A stretch of 64,000 bases of DNA from Pseudomonas aeruginosa PAO1 (GTDB lineage: Bacteria > Pseudomonadota > Gammaproteobacteria > Pseudomonadales > Pseudomonadaceae). Positions 40,493 to 52,055 of this stretch are shown piece after piece. The position numbers were made by a program, and so were the translations under genes. The stretch's first letter is position 1. Every line of letters starts with the position of its first letter. The stretch lies in assembly GCF_000006765.1 (NCBI RefSeq), contig NC_002516.2; one strand, 5' to 3'. The notes beneath the pieces were generated by a model. That model was not told the DNA's origin, made no database searches, and was given only the letters and a program-made list of their open reading frames with translations.

Positions 40493-42316
40493 TCAGCCCG
40501 CAATCTCGATCAGGATCTCGCCCGGGTTGACCCGGTCGCCCTTGGCCACGTGGATCGCCTTGACCGTACCGGCGATGCCGGCCTGGACCTCGGTTTCCAT
40601 CTTCATCGCCTCGGTGATCAACACCGCCTGGCCGGCCTTGACGCTATCGCCTTCCTTCACCAGCACGTCGACGATGTTGCCCGGCATGGTGGTGCTGACG
40701 TGGCCCGGCTCGCTGGCATGCTTGCGGCCGCTGGCGGAGCCGGCGACATATTCGTTGAGCGGCTCGAACACCACTTCTTCCGGCATGCCGTCGATGGACA
40801 GGTAGAAGTGCCGCTTGTTGTCGCTCTTCACGCCGACCCCGGTGATGTCGACGCGGTAGGTCTCGCCGTGCACGTCGATGACGAACTCGGTCGGGGTGCC
40901 TTCCGCGCCGGCGGCGGCGACGCCCTTGCCGGTGGGAATCGGCAGCAGTTCCTCGGGCTTCAGGGTGCCGGCCTCACGCTCTTCGAGGAACTTGCGCCCG
41001 ATGTCCGGGAACATCGCGTAGGTGAGTACGTCTTCCTCGGACTTGGCCAGGTTGCCGATCTCGCTGCGCAGCTTGTTCAGCTCCGGCTTGATCAGGTCGG
41101 CCGGGCGCACGTCGATGACTTCCTCGCTGCCGATGGCCTGGCGCCGCAGTTGCTCGTTGACCTCGCCGGGAGCCTTGCCATAGCGGCCCTGCAGGTACAG
41201 CTTCACCTCGTTGGTGATGGTCTTGTAGCGCTCGCCGGCGAGCACGTTGAAGAACGCCTGGGTGCCGACGATCTGCGAAGTCGGCGTCACCAGCGGCGGG
41301 AAACCGAGGTCGGCGCGGACCCGCGGGATTTCCTCGAGCACCTCGCCCATACGGTTCAGCGCGCCCTGCTCCTTGAGCTGGTTGGCCAGGTTGGAAATCA
41401 TCCCGCCCGGCACCTGGTTGACCTGCACGCGGGTATCCACGCCGGTGAATTCGCTCTCGAACTGGTGGTACTTCTTGCGCACCGCGTGGAAGTACATGCC
41501 GATCTCCTGGATCAGCTCCAGGTCCAGGCCGGTGTCGTAGGGGGTGCCACGCAGCGCCGCGACCATCGACTCGGTGCCCGGGTGGCTGGTGCCCCAGGCC
41601 ATGCTGGAGATCGCCGTGTCGATACGGTCGGCGCCGTTTTCCACGGCCTTCAGCTGGCACATGCTGGCGACACCGGCGGTGTCATGGGAATGCACCACCA
41701 CGTCCAGCGGCAGGGCGTCCTTCAGGGCCTTGACCAGGTCGCCGGTGGCATAGGGGGTGAGCAGGCCGGCCATGTCCTTGATGGCGATGGAGTCGACGCC
41801 CATGTCGGCCATCGCCTTGCCCTGGGCGACGAAGGCCTCGATGGTGTGCACCGGGCTGGTGGTGTAGCAGATGGTGCCCTGGGCGTGCTTGCCGGCGGCC
41901 TTCACCGCCTCGATGGAGACGCGCAGGTTACGCACGTCGTTCATCGCGTCGAAGATGCGGAACACGTCGATGCCGTTGACCGCCGCCTTGGCCACGAAGG
42001 CGCGCACCACATCGTCGCTGTAGTGGCGGTAGCCGAGCAGGTTCTGCCCGCGCAGGAGCATTTGCAGGCGGGTGTTGGGCAGCGCCGCCTTGAGCTTGCG
42101 CAGGCGTTCCCACGGGTCTTCCTTGAGGAAGCGCACGCAGGCGTCGAAGGTGGCGCCGCCCCAGACTTCCAGCGACCAGTAGCCGACGCGGTCGAGCTTG
42201 TCGCAGATCGGCAGCATGTCCTCGGTGCGCATGCGGGTCGCCAGCAGCGACTGGTGGGCATCGCGCAGGATGGTATCGGTGACGCCGGTCTTCTTCGCTT
42301 GGATGGTGTTGCTCAT
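40493..42316 (-). CDS. pycB: Pyruvate carboxylase carboxyltransferase/biotin carrier subunit
   Basis: RDAHQSLLATR, WGGATFD, IKDMAG, biotin site EAMKM. Confidence 0.93.
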   Translation of the reverse strand: MSNTIQAKKTGVTDTILRDAHQSLLATRMRTEDMLPICDKLDRVGYWSLEVWGGATFDACVRFLKEDPWERLRKLKAALPNTRLQMLLRGQNLLGYRHYSDDVVRAFVAKAAVNGIDVFRIFDAMNDVRNLRVSIEAVKAAGKHAQGTICYTTSPVHTIEAFVAQGKAMADMGVDSIAIKDMAGLLTPYATGDLVKALKDALPLDVVVHSHDTAGVASMCQLKAVENGADRIDTAISSMAWGTSHPGTESMVAALRGTPYDTGLDLELIQEIGMYFHAVRKKYHQFESEFTGVDTRVQVNQVPGGMISNLANQLKEQGALNRMGEVLEEIPRVRADLGFPPLVTPTSQIVGTQAFFNVLAGERYKTITNEVKLYLQGRYGKAPGEVNEQLRRQAIGSEEVIDVRPADLIKPELNKLRSEIGNLAKSEEDVLTYAMFPDIGRKFLEEREAGTLKPEELLPIPTGKGVAAAGAEGTPTEFVIDVHGETYRVDITGVGVKSDNKRHFYLSIDGMPEEVVFEPLNEYVAGSASGRKHASEPGHVSTTMPGNIVDVLVKEGDSVKAGQAVLITEAMKMETEVQAGIAGTVKAIHVAKGDRVNPGEILIEIAG

Positions 42317-42331
42317 GTTCTGCTCCTTCCC

Positions 42332-43747
<1,416 letters not shown>

Positions 43748-43873
43748 GGAGGTCTCCCTCTTCGGGGTTGGGAACCTGGTACGGTCGATCCGGATATTCC
43801 GGTCGCTGCATGACCGGCAGGCAGCTCCCGGTCGCACTTTTACCCTACCCCCGCGAGGGTGATTAACAAAAAT

Positions 43874-43885
43874 CAATAATTATTG
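43874..43885. promoter_or_regulatory. Putative PycR operator
   Basis: Perfect palindrome CAATAATTATTG in the AT-rich divergent pycA/pycR promoter. Confidence 0.5.
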
Positions 43886-43945
43886 GGATAGCCATTAGAA
43901 AAGCTTTATAGTCGCCCGACCGATCTCGGTCAGAGTGTGACTGGA

Positions 43946-44896
43946 ATGCGTAAGTCGTTGATGCGTATGACATTACGGCAGCTTCAGGTTTTCCGTGCCG
44001 TATGCGAGAGCCGCTCCTACAGCCGGGCGGCGGAGGAAATGGCCTTGACCCAGCCGGCGGTCAGCCTGCAGATCCGCCAACTGGAAGAGCTGGTCGGCCA
44101 GCCGCTGTTCGAGTACGTCGGCAAGAAGCTCTACCTGACCGATGCCGCCGAAGCCCTGCTGAAGACCAGCACCGACCTGTTCCAGCGCCTGGAAAGCCTG
44201 GACATGCAGCTCTCGGATCTGAAGGGCTCGCTGCAGGGCCAGTTGCGCCTGGCGGTGGAGTCCAGCGCCAAGTACATCACCCCGCACCTGTTCAAGGCGT
44301 TCCAGAACCTGCATCCGGAAGTCAGCCTGAGCCTGACGGTGGTCAACCGCACCCAGGTGATCAAGCGCTTGGCCGACAACCGCGACGACCTGGTGATCAT
44401 GTCCCTGGTACCGCAGGACATGGCCCTGGAGTTCCTGCCCTTCCTGAACAACCCGATCATCGCCGTGGCGCCGCCGGACCATCCGCTGTGCAACGCCGCG
44501 AAGCTGGCCCTGAAGGACCTGGAGCCCTTCCCGCTGCTGGTCCGCGAACCGGGCTCGGGCACCCGCAAGGCTTGCGAGGAGTTCTTCCAGCAACGCCGCG
44601 CGCACTTCTCGCAGATCCAGGAGATCGCCTCGCTGGAGTCCCTGCGTGAAGGGGTGATCGCCGGCCTCGGCCTGGCCCTGCTGCCGCGCCATGCGGCGCA
44701 CCAGGAACTGGCCAACGGCCTGCTGCGCGAACTACCGGTGGAGGAATTGCCGCTCTATCGCAGCTGGTGCCTGGTGCACGCCAAGGGCAAGCGCCTGAGC
44801 CCGGTGGCCCAGGCGTTCGTCGCCTTCGTCCGCGAGGAGCGGGCGCTGATCAGCCAGCTCGCTGGGCGCTTCGCCGGCCCTGGCGGTTCGAGCTGA
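43946..44896 (+). CDS. pycR: LysR-family regulator of pycAB
   Basis: TLRQLQVF..SYSRAAEEM.LTQPAVSLQIRQLE; divergent from pycAB. Confidence 0.88.
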   Translation: MRKSLMRMTLRQLQVFRAVCESRSYSRAAEEMALTQPAVSLQIRQLEELVGQPLFEYVGKKLYLTDAAEALLKTSTDLFQRLESLDMQLSDLKGSLQGQLRLAVESSAKYITPHLFKAFQNLHPEVSLSLTVVNRTQVIKRLADNRDDLVIMSLVPQDMALEFLPFLNNPIIAVAPPDHPLCNAAKLALKDLEPFPLLVREPGSGTRKACEEFFQQRRAHFSQIQEIASLESLREGVIAGLGLALLPRHAAHQELANGLLRELPVEELPLYRSWCLVHAKGKRLSPVAQAFVAFVREERALISQLAGRFAGPGGSS

Positions 44897-45065
44897 GGTA
44901 GGCGGCGGCTACCAGCTCGGGGTAGTCGGCCAGTTCCTGGCGCAGGCGCAGTTCTTCGCAGTGGTCCTCGATCGCCCGGCGGAATTGCATGCGCCGCTGG
45001 TCTTCGAGCTTGCGGCGGGTTTTCGAATCCACGTGCTGGGCATTGGCATCGCTATGACGGGGCAT
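44850..45065 (-). CDS. Small 71-aa protein (resembles the PA3496 family)
   Basis: MPRHSDANAQHVDSKTRRKLEDQRRMQFRRAIEDHCEELRLRQELADYPE..; SD GGGAG; overlaps the pycR 3' end by 47 bp. Confidence 0.6.
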   Translation of the reverse strand: MPRHSDANAQHVDSKTRRKLEDQRRMQFRRAIEDHCEELRLRQELADYPELVAAAYLSSNRQGRRSAQRAG

Positions 45066-45171
45066 CTCGCGTCTCCCATGGCCGACTGGCTGGAGTCGCG
45101 AGCATCGCGCAGCAATGTGACGGTTTGGCGGCAAGCCGGTGAAGACTGCGTTATGCCTTCCCGGCGGCGCC

Positions 45172-46053
45172 TCAGGACGGCTCGCCGCGCTCTTCCTGGT
45201 TCTTCATCACCTTCGGCGACAGGCGCAGGCTGCGCAGGCTGCGCTTGACGCTCTTGAGGTGGTTGACCAGGTCCGGGCCGCGGGCCATGGCCACGCCCAT
45301 CGCCAGCACGTCGATCACCACCAGGTGGGCGATGCGCGAGGTCAGCGGGGTGTAGATGTCGGTGTCCTCGTGCACGTCGATCGCCAGGTTGACCGTGGCC
45401 AGGTCGGCCAGCGGGGTCTGGCTCGGGCACAGGGTGATCAGCGTGGCGCCGGCCTCGCGCACCAGGTTGGCGGTGATCAGCAGGTCCTTCGAGCGACCCG
45501 ACTGGGAAATGCAGATGGCCACGTCGCTGGGCTTGAGGGTCACCGCCGACATCGCCTGCATGTGCGGGTCGGAGTAGGCCGCCGCCGACAGCAGCAGGCG
45601 GAAGAACTTGTGCTGGGCATCCGAGGCCACCGCGCCGGAAGCGCCGAAGCCGTAGAACTCCACGCGCTGGGCGTGGGCGATGGCGGCGATGGCGCGCTCC
45701 AGGGCGTGGGTGTCCAGGTGCTCGCGGACTTCCATCAGGCTGTGCAGCGTGGTGTCGAAGATCTTCAGGCTGAAGTCGGCCACCGAGTCGCTCTCATGGA
45801 TCGAGAACTGGCCGAAGCTGGCGCCGGCCGCCAGGCTCTGCGCCAGCTTCAGCTTGAGGTCCTGGAAGCCGCTGCAGCCGATGGCGCGGCAGAAGCGCAC
45901 GATGGTCGGCTCGCTGACCCCGACCCCATGGGCCAGTTCGGCCATGGAGCTGTGCATGACCGACGCCGGATCGTTGAGAACGTGATCGGCGACCTTGAGT
46001 TCCGACTTGCGGAGCTGTTGGCGGGACTGGGCTATGTGCTGCAGCAGGTTCAC
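45172..46053 (-). CDS. rccR: RpiR/HexR-family regulator RccR
   Basis: N-terminal HTH (SEPTIVRFCR.IG.SGF.DLKL), SIS domain (GFGASG, ISQSG); adjacent to zwf. Confidence 0.85.
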   Translation of the reverse strand: MNLLQHIAQSRQQLRKSELKVADHVLNDPASVMHSSMAELAHGVGVSEPTIVRFCRAIGCSGFQDLKLKLAQSLAAGASFGQFSIHESDSVADFSLKIFDTTLHSLMEVREHLDTHALERAIAAIAHAQRVEFYGFGASGAVASDAQHKFFRLLLSAAAYSDPHMQAMSAVTLKPSDVAICISQSGRSKDLLITANLVREAGATLITLCPSQTPLADLATVNLAIDVHEDTDIYTPLTSRIAHLVVIDVLAMGVAMARGPDLVNHLKSVKRSLRSLRLSPKVMKNQEERGEPS

Positions 46054-46071
46054 AGGCTGGGCTCGATTCTC

Positions 46072-46098
46072 TGTAGTAACCTTGTAGTTATACTACAA
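46072..46098. promoter_or_regulatory. RccR/HexR-type operator
   Basis: Perfect TTGTAGT-TAT-ACTACAA (46082-46098) plus an extra TGTAGT half-site (46072). Confidence 0.8.
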
Positions 46099-46138
46099 AC
46101 AGTCAGCCACGCCCAGCCAACGCCGTCGGGAGCTTGCC

Positions 46139-47605
46139 TTGAGTACACCAGCCACTCCAACGTCCTGCGACATCCTGGTCTTCGGCGGTACCGGCGACCT
46201 GGCCCTGCACAAGCTGCTGCCGGCGCTCTATCGCCTGCACCGGGAGGACCGCCTGCCGGCCGATACACGGATCTTCGCCCTCGCCCGCAGCGCGCTGGAC
46301 AACGCCGCCTTCCTCGCCCTCGCCGAGCGCAACGTCCGCGCGGTGGTGGCGCGCAGCGAGTTCGCCGCCGAACAATGGAAAGGCTTCGCCGCGCGCCTCG
46401 ACTACCTGGCCATGGACGCCTCGCAGAGCGCCGACTTCGGCCGTCTCGCGCGGCACCTGAAGAGCAGCGAGGGCCGGGTGCTGGTGCACTACCTGGCGAC
46501 CTCGCCGAGCCTGTTCGCGCCGATCGCGCAGAACCTCTCCATCGCCGGCCTCGCCGGGCCGCAAGCGCGCATCGTGCTGGAAAAACCGCTGGGCCATTCG
46601 CTGGACTCGGCGAGGGCGATCAACCAGTCCATCGGCCGGGTGTTCGACGAGTCGCGGGTGTTCCGCATCGACCACTACCTGGGCAAGGAAACCGTGCAGA
46701 ACCTGATGGCCCTGCGCTTCGCCAATGCGTTGTTCGAGCCGGTCTGGCGCGCGGCGCACATCGACCATGTGCAGATCAGCGTCAACGAGACCCTTGGCGT
46801 GGAGAACCGTGGCGGCTACTACGACCACGCCGGGGCGATGCGCGACATGGTGCAGAACCATCTGCTCCAGTTGCTCTGCCTGGTGGCGATGGAGGCGCCG
46901 GTGCGTTTCGACGCCGAGGCTGTGCGCAACGAGAAGCTCAAGGTGCTGCAGGCGCTGAAGCCGATCTCCGGGCTCGACGTGCAGGACAAGACGGTACGCG
47001 GCCAGTACGCCGCCGGCAGGATCGGCGGCCAGGAGGTGCCGGCGTACTACTTCGAGAAGAACGTCGACAACGACAGCGATACCGAGACCTTCGTCGCGCT
47101 CCAGGCCGAGGTCGAGAACTGGCGCTGGGCCGGGGTGCCGTTCTACCTGCGCACCGGCAAGCGCATGGCGCGCAAGTGCTCGGAAATCGTCATCCAGTTC
47201 AAGCCGGTGCCGCACAGCCTGATCGACGGCGGCGGCGGGCCGGCCAACCGCCTGTGGATAAGGTTGCAGCCGGAGGAGCGGATCAGCGTGCAACTGATGG
47301 CCAAGACCCCGGGCAAGGGCATGCAACTGGAACCGGTGGAGCTGGACCTCAACCTGGCCGAGGCCCTCAGCCGCAACAAGCGGCGCTGGGACGCCTACGA
47401 ACGCCTGCTGCTGGACGTGATCGAGGGCGACTCGACGCTGTTCATGCGCCGCGACGAGGTAGAGGCCGCCTGGGGCTGGGTCGACCCGATCCTCGCCGGC
47501 TGGCGCGAGCACTACCAGAGCCCGCGGCCCTACCCGGCCGGCAGCAACGGCCCGGAACAGGCGCAACTGCTGCTGGAACTGCAGGGTCGACGCTGGCTGG
47601 AATGA
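46139..47605 (+). CDS. zwf: Glucose-6-phosphate 1-dehydrogenase (second paralogue)
   Basis: FGGTGDLA, EKPLG, RIDHYLGKE, RDMVQNHLLQ, RTGKRM; TTG start. Confidence 0.93.
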   Translation: MSTPATPTSCDILVFGGTGDLALHKLLPALYRLHREDRLPADTRIFALARSALDNAAFLALAERNVRAVVARSEFAAEQWKGFAARLDYLAMDASQSADFGRLARHLKSSEGRVLVHYLATSPSLFAPIAQNLSIAGLAGPQARIVLEKPLGHSLDSARAINQSIGRVFDESRVFRIDHYLGKETVQNLMALRFANALFEPVWRAAHIDHVQISVNETLGVENRGGYYDHAGAMRDMVQNHLLQLLCLVAMEAPVRFDAEAVRNEKLKVLQALKPISGLDVQDKTVRGQYAAGRIGGQEVPAYYFEKNVDNDSDTETFVALQAEVENWRWAGVPFYLRTGKRMARKCSEIVIQFKPVPHSLIDGGGGPANRLWIRLQPEERISVQLMAKTPGKGMQLEPVELDLNLAEALSRNKRRWDAYERLLLDVIEGDSTLFMRRDEVEAAWGWVDPILAGWREHYQSPRPYPAGSNGPEQAQLLLELQGRRWLE

Positions 47606-47685
47606 CGCGGACATTGATCCGGCTCAGGATCGCCCGGCGCGCGCTCGGCTAGAGTCGCGCGCCCACGTCGTTGCGAGCCCGAACC

Positions 47686-49080
47686 ATGACCGCCACCACC
47701 CTCCGCCCCGAACTGCTGTGCCCCGCCGGCACCCTGAAAAGCATGCGCTATGCCTTCGCCTACGGCGCCGATGCCGTCTACGCCGGGCAGCCGCGCTACA
47801 GCCTGCGGGTGCGCAACAACGATTTCGACCACGCCCAACTGGCCGAAGGCATCGCCGAGGCCCACGCACTTGGCAAGCGCTTCTACGTGGTGGTCAACAT
47901 CGCCCCGCACAACGCCAAGCTGAAAACCTTCCTGCGCGACCTGGAGCCGGTGGTCGCCATGGGTCCGGATGCGCTGATCATGTCCGATCCCGGCCTGATC
48001 ATGCTGGTTCGCCAGCATTTCCCGCAGATGCCCATCCACCTGTCGGTGCAGGCCAACGCGGTGAACTGGGCCGCGGTGCAATTCTGGCGGCAGCAGGGCC
48101 TGACCCGGGTGATCCTTTCCCGCGAGCTGTCGCTGGAGGAGATCGAGGAAATCCGCCAGCAGGTGCCGGACATGGAGCTGGAAGTGTTCGTCCACGGCGC
48201 CTTGTGCATGGCCTATTCCGGGCGCTGCCTGCTGTCCGGCTACATCAACCGCCGCGACCCCAACCAGGGCACCTGCACCAATGCCTGCCGCTGGGAATAC
48301 AAGGCGGTGGAGGGCCGCGAGGACGAGCTGGGCAACGTGGTGGCGCGGGAGCCGACCCTGGGACGCGGCGCGCCGACCGAGCAGGTGTTCCTCCTCGAGG
48401 AAGGCAACCGTCCCGGCGAACCGATGGCCGCCTTCGAGGACGAACACGGCACCTACATCATGAATTCCAAGGACCTCCGCGCCGTGCAGCACGTCGAGCG
48501 GCTGGCGCGGATCGGCGTGCACTCGCTGAAGATCGAGGGCCGCACCAAATCCCACTACTACGTGGCGCGCACCGCCCAGGTCTACCGCCAGGCGATCGAC
48601 GACGCGGCGGCCGGCAAGCCGTTCGACCGCGGCCTGATGGACACCCTGGAGTCCCTCGCCCACCGCGGCTACACCGAGGGCTTCCTGCGCCGCCACGTGC
48701 ACGACGAGTACCAGAACTACCAGCACGGCCATTCGTTGTCCGAGCGCCAGCAGTTCGTCGGCGAACTCACCGGCGAACGCCGCGACGGACTGGCCGAGGT
48801 GGAGGTGAAGAACCGCTTCCAGCGCGGCGACAGCGTCGAACTGATGACTCCGCGAGGCAACCTGAGCCTGCGCGTGGAGGACCTGCGCAACGCCGCCGGC
48901 GAGGCCATCGAGGTGGCGCCGGGCAATGGCCACGTGGTCTACCTGGCGCTGCCGGAAGGCCTGGACCTGTGCTACGCGCTACTGATGCGCGATCTCCAGC
49001 CCGGCCAGGATACCCGCCAGCCGCAGGCCGAACGCAGCGGAGGGTGTGCCGGCAAGGGCGCTTGCGGCTGCGCTCACTGA
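47686..49080 (+). CDS. trhP: U32 peptidase-family tRNA hydroxylation protein (TrhP/YegQ)
   Basis: ELLCPAG, HLSVQAN, HGALCMAYSGRCLLS, CTNACRW, SLKIEGR. Confidence 0.88.
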   Translation: MTATTLRPELLCPAGTLKSMRYAFAYGADAVYAGQPRYSLRVRNNDFDHAQLAEGIAEAHALGKRFYVVVNIAPHNAKLKTFLRDLEPVVAMGPDALIMSDPGLIMLVRQHFPQMPIHLSVQANAVNWAAVQFWRQQGLTRVILSRELSLEEIEEIRQQVPDMELEVFVHGALCMAYSGRCLLSGYINRRDPNQGTCTNACRWEYKAVEGREDELGNVVAREPTLGRGAPTEQVFLLEEGNRPGEPMAAFEDEHGTYIMNSKDLRAVQHVERLARIGVHSLKIEGRTKSHYYVARTAQVYRQAIDDAAAGKPFDRGLMDTLESLAHRGYTEGFLRRHVHDEYQNYQHGHSLSERQQFVGELTGERRDGLAEVEVKNRFQRGDSVELMTPRGNLSLRVEDLRNAAGEAIEVAPGNGHVVYLALPEGLDLCYALLMRDLQPGQDTRQPQAERSGGCAGKGACGCAH

Positions 49081-49799
49081 GGGTTGAGCAGGAACACCAC
49101 GTAGCCCCTGAACCAGGGGCTCTTTTCCAGGTAGTCGGGGGCTTGCCAGTCGCCTCCCTGGACCAGGCCGATCCGGTACGGCAGCTGCAGGCGGCTGACC
49201 CGCGGGAGGTAGGCGGCGTGGTTGGGAATGCTGTGGCGCCCCTGGTAGGTCTGCACCACCACTTCATCGACCACGCCCTTGAGCCGGTTGATCGCCGCCG
49301 GCTCGGCGTTGCTGCCCCAGTCGAGCAACCCGGTGATGCTCAAGCGGTATTCGCGGGGCAGGCGCCGGCGCAGGTCGCGGAGGAAATCGACGTACTCGTC
49401 GAGGTAGCGGGTACGCGCATCGAAGTCGATCTGGATGCCGACCACCGGGTTGCCGGCACGCTTCCAGCGCTGCACCTGGTTCAGCACGGCCTGGTAGATC
49501 TGCGGCGTCCAGCGCAGGGTATGGGCGCGGTACACCACCCAGACCTCACCCCGCGCCAGGCGCGGCACCGAGATGCCCTGGGCGATCAGCCGCACGCCCT
49601 CGCCGGGGCGCCGGCGCGACTGGCTGATCTGTCCCTGCAGGATGTACAGCGTCTCGGCCCGCGCCAGCACCGGCTGCGGCGCGACGCCGCTCCACAGCCA
49701 GAAGGCGCCGTAGTCCTCGGCGCGCACCGCGGCCTCGACGGACGGCAACAGCGGCAGGCCCAGCAACAGGCCCGCCAGCCAGGCTCGCCAGCGCCTCAC
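49074..49799 (-). CDS. DUF3142-like exported protein with a GH18-like TIM barrel
   Basis: GTG start overlapping the upstream stop (GTGA); signal peptide; VVGIQIDFDA, LSITGL and VDEVVVQTY strands. Confidence 0.75.
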   Translation of the reverse strand: MRRWRAWLAGLLLGLPLLPSVEAAVRAEDYGAFWLWSGVAPQPVLARAETLYILQGQISQSRRRPGEGVRLIAQGISVPRLARGEVWVVYRAHTLRWTPQIYQAVLNQVQRWKRAGNPVVGIQIDFDARTRYLDEYVDFLRDLRRRLPREYRLSITGLLDWGSNAEPAAINRLKGVVDEVVVQTYQGRHSIPNHAAYLPRVSRLQLPYRIGLVQGGDWQAPDYLEKSPWFRGYVVFLLNPQ

Positions 49800-51997
49800 C
49801 AGTAGTACTTCAGTTCCTTGGCCCAGGAGCTGTCGGCGTAGGTCGACTTGAGCGTACGGAACCATTGCTTGCGCTCGGCCTGCGGGATGTCCTGCTGGCC
49901 GCAGGTGTTGTAGCCGGCCGGGGCGAAGCAGTTGATCGCGCGGAACAGCGCGTAGGCCTTGTCTTCGCGCGGAGCCTTGGGGTTGTCCATGACCAGGCGA
50001 TAGCCATCCAGCCGGGAGTACACCTCGCCCTTGAAGCCGCTCGGGGTGCCGCCCAGCTCGTTGGCCTCGGGCTGGCTGTCCAGCGGCATGCCGTCGAGAC
50101 CGTTGCGCAGGATGAATTCGCCCAGGCAGTTCAGGCCCTTCGGGTCCTTGTCATCGGCGGCCAGCGCCGCGGCCGACTCGGCGATGGCCGGGCAAACGTA
50201 GCCGGACTCGGCCTTGTCGCCCTTCCAGCGGAACAGCTCCAGGCTGTTACCGGCGCCGTAGACATAGCCGAGGCTGGTGCCCAGCTTGGTCTGCGAGGGG
50301 GTTTCGCCGAGCAGCGCGAAGTCCTTGCCGAAGTCGGCGAAGCGGCTGCGGCGCAGGTCCTTGTAAAGGAGAGTGAACAGCGCGGTATCGCGCTCTTCCG
50401 CCGTCGCGCCCTGCTTGGCCTGGCGGCGCAACAGCGCGGCGTCGGCGACGTTGCGCAGGAGGATGCTGCGCAGCAGCGGCTCCTGGACCGGCGAAGCTTC
50501 GGCGAAGACCTTTTCCAACTGGCCGCTGCGCTCGTAGTTGAGCGCCAGGGCCAGCTGCAACTGGCCCTTCTGGTACGGCTGCGCGGCCTGCGGCAACAGT
50601 TCCAGCCAGAGCGCCTCGGCGGCTTTCCAGTCCTTCTGCTGCTCCAGCGCCAGCCCGCGCAGGGTCTTCTGGCTGAAGCCGACGTAGTCGAGGCTGCCGA
50701 CCTTTTGCGGCAGCGCTTCGAGGGTCTTCGCCGGATCCTGGTCGACATAGAAGCGATAGGCCGCCTGCAGGTAGGCGAACAGTTCGGGATGCGCGGCGAA
50801 GCTGGCCTGTTGGGCCTGCAGCGTTTCCCAGGTGAAGCTGCGCGGGGTCGACGGATCGTGGGCGCGCATCTGCACCAGGTCGGCCACCGCCAGCAGCAGC
50901 GGAGTCTGGATGTCGCCGAGCTGGATACCGGTCAGGAGCTTGTTGTCGACCTCCTGGACCAGGTCTTCCAGGGCCATGTTGCGCTGCCCTTGCTCAGCTT
51001 CGGCGAATTGCGCGGCATAGTCCTGGGCCAGCAGCTTCTGGTCGCCGGCCAGCCAATGCACGCGCCGTTGCAAGCCCTTGGCCGAGGCGGCGTAGAGCCC
51101 CTTCGGATACGCCTGCAGGTAGGCCTCGAGGGCGCTGCGGGTCTGTTCCAGGCGAGCCTTGTCGACATTCTGCAGCTCGGGGAAGCCCATGTCGTCGAAG
51201 GCGTTCTGCTGGGCGGCGTTGAGCAGGGTGCGCGCCTGCAGGTACAGGGCGGTTTCCTTCAGCCAGGGCTGCGACACGTCCTGCAACGCCTTGAAGCCCT
51301 GTTCGGCTTCGTCGAAGCGACCGCTGTAGAAGTTGGCCGCAGCCTCCAGGTACGTGGCGAAGGCCTTGCCTGCGGCCGACTCGACGCCTTGCGCGAGCAC
51401 ACCGCCCAGTTCCTCTTGTTCCCAGCCGCAGGCACCGAGCAGGTCCAGGCGGCTGTTGGCCAGGGCCTTGGTCTCCGCCTCGCCCAGCCCGGCGTCACGC
51501 ACCTGGCGAAGAAACGCCAGCGCGCTGTCCTGGTCGTTGCTGCGGCAGCGGCTGCCCTCGCCCTCGAAGAATTCGGCGCCGGCGATCTTTTCCGGTAGCG
51601 CTTCGGCGCCCATCTGCCGGGCCAGTTCGGCGAGCGGCGAGGGCGCTGGCGCAGGCGGCGGTGTCTCGGCCTCGCTCGCCGCCGGCAGCGCGGGCGGCTG
51701 GCTGCCGTCGCCGGGCAGCAGGCGGAACAGGCCGAACGGTACCAGGCCGTAGCCTTCGAGCTTCTCTTCCTCCGACGGCGGCGCCTCCACCAGCCGCCAG
51801 TGGCCGGCGTCGGCCAGCAGCAGGCGCAGGTTGGCGCGGGTGTCGTTGCCCGGGGCGAGGAACGGCAGGGTATCGCAGACACCGCCGCCGACCAGCGACC
51901 AATCGGGATAGCAGGAGTCGTCGCTGCTGGCCTGGGCCAGCGGGGAGAGACCGGCGCCCACCAGCAGGAGGGCGGGAAGAAGCGGCTTCGAGCGCAT
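49796..51997 (-). CDS. Exported alpha-helical (TPR-like) protein, 733 aa
   Basis: Signal peptide; helical repeats (AANFYSGRFDEAEQGF, YLQAYPKGLYAASA); Cys pairs at both ends. Confidence 0.8.
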   Translation of the reverse strand: MRSKPLLPALLLVGAGLSPLAQASSDDSCYPDWSLVGGGVCDTLPFLAPGNDTRANLRLLLADAGHWRLVEAPPSEEEKLEGYGLVPFGLFRLLPGDGSQPPALPAASEAETPPPAPAPSPLAELARQMGAEALPEKIAGAEFFEGEGSRCRSNDQDSALAFLRQVRDAGLGEAETKALANSRLDLLGACGWEQEELGGVLAQGVESAAGKAFATYLEAAANFYSGRFDEAEQGFKALQDVSQPWLKETALYLQARTLLNAAQQNAFDDMGFPELQNVDKARLEQTRSALEAYLQAYPKGLYAASAKGLQRRVHWLAGDQKLLAQDYAAQFAEAEQGQRNMALEDLVQEVDNKLLTGIQLGDIQTPLLLAVADLVQMRAHDPSTPRSFTWETLQAQQASFAAHPELFAYLQAAYRFYVDQDPAKTLEALPQKVGSLDYVGFSQKTLRGLALEQQKDWKAAEALWLELLPQAAQPYQKGQLQLALALNYERSGQLEKVFAEASPVQEPLLRSILLRNVADAALLRRQAKQGATAEERDTALFTLLYKDLRRSRFADFGKDFALLGETPSQTKLGTSLGYVYGAGNSLELFRWKGDKAESGYVCPAIAESAAALAADDKDPKGLNCLGEFILRNGLDGMPLDSQPEANELGGTPSGFKGEVYSRLDGYRLVMDNPKAPREDKAYALFRAINCFAPAGYNTCGQQDIPQAERKQWFRTLKSTYADSSWAKELKYYW

Positions 51998-52055
51998 GAA
52001 TCGTCCTTAATTCGTGGGAGTCGAAAGTGCTACAGCATACTCCGCCGGATCGCGT

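Noticed and set aside
49021-49080. Cys-rich tail GGCAGKGACGCAH of TrhP as a new metal site
   Set aside because: Low-complexity short tail with no evidence of conservation available
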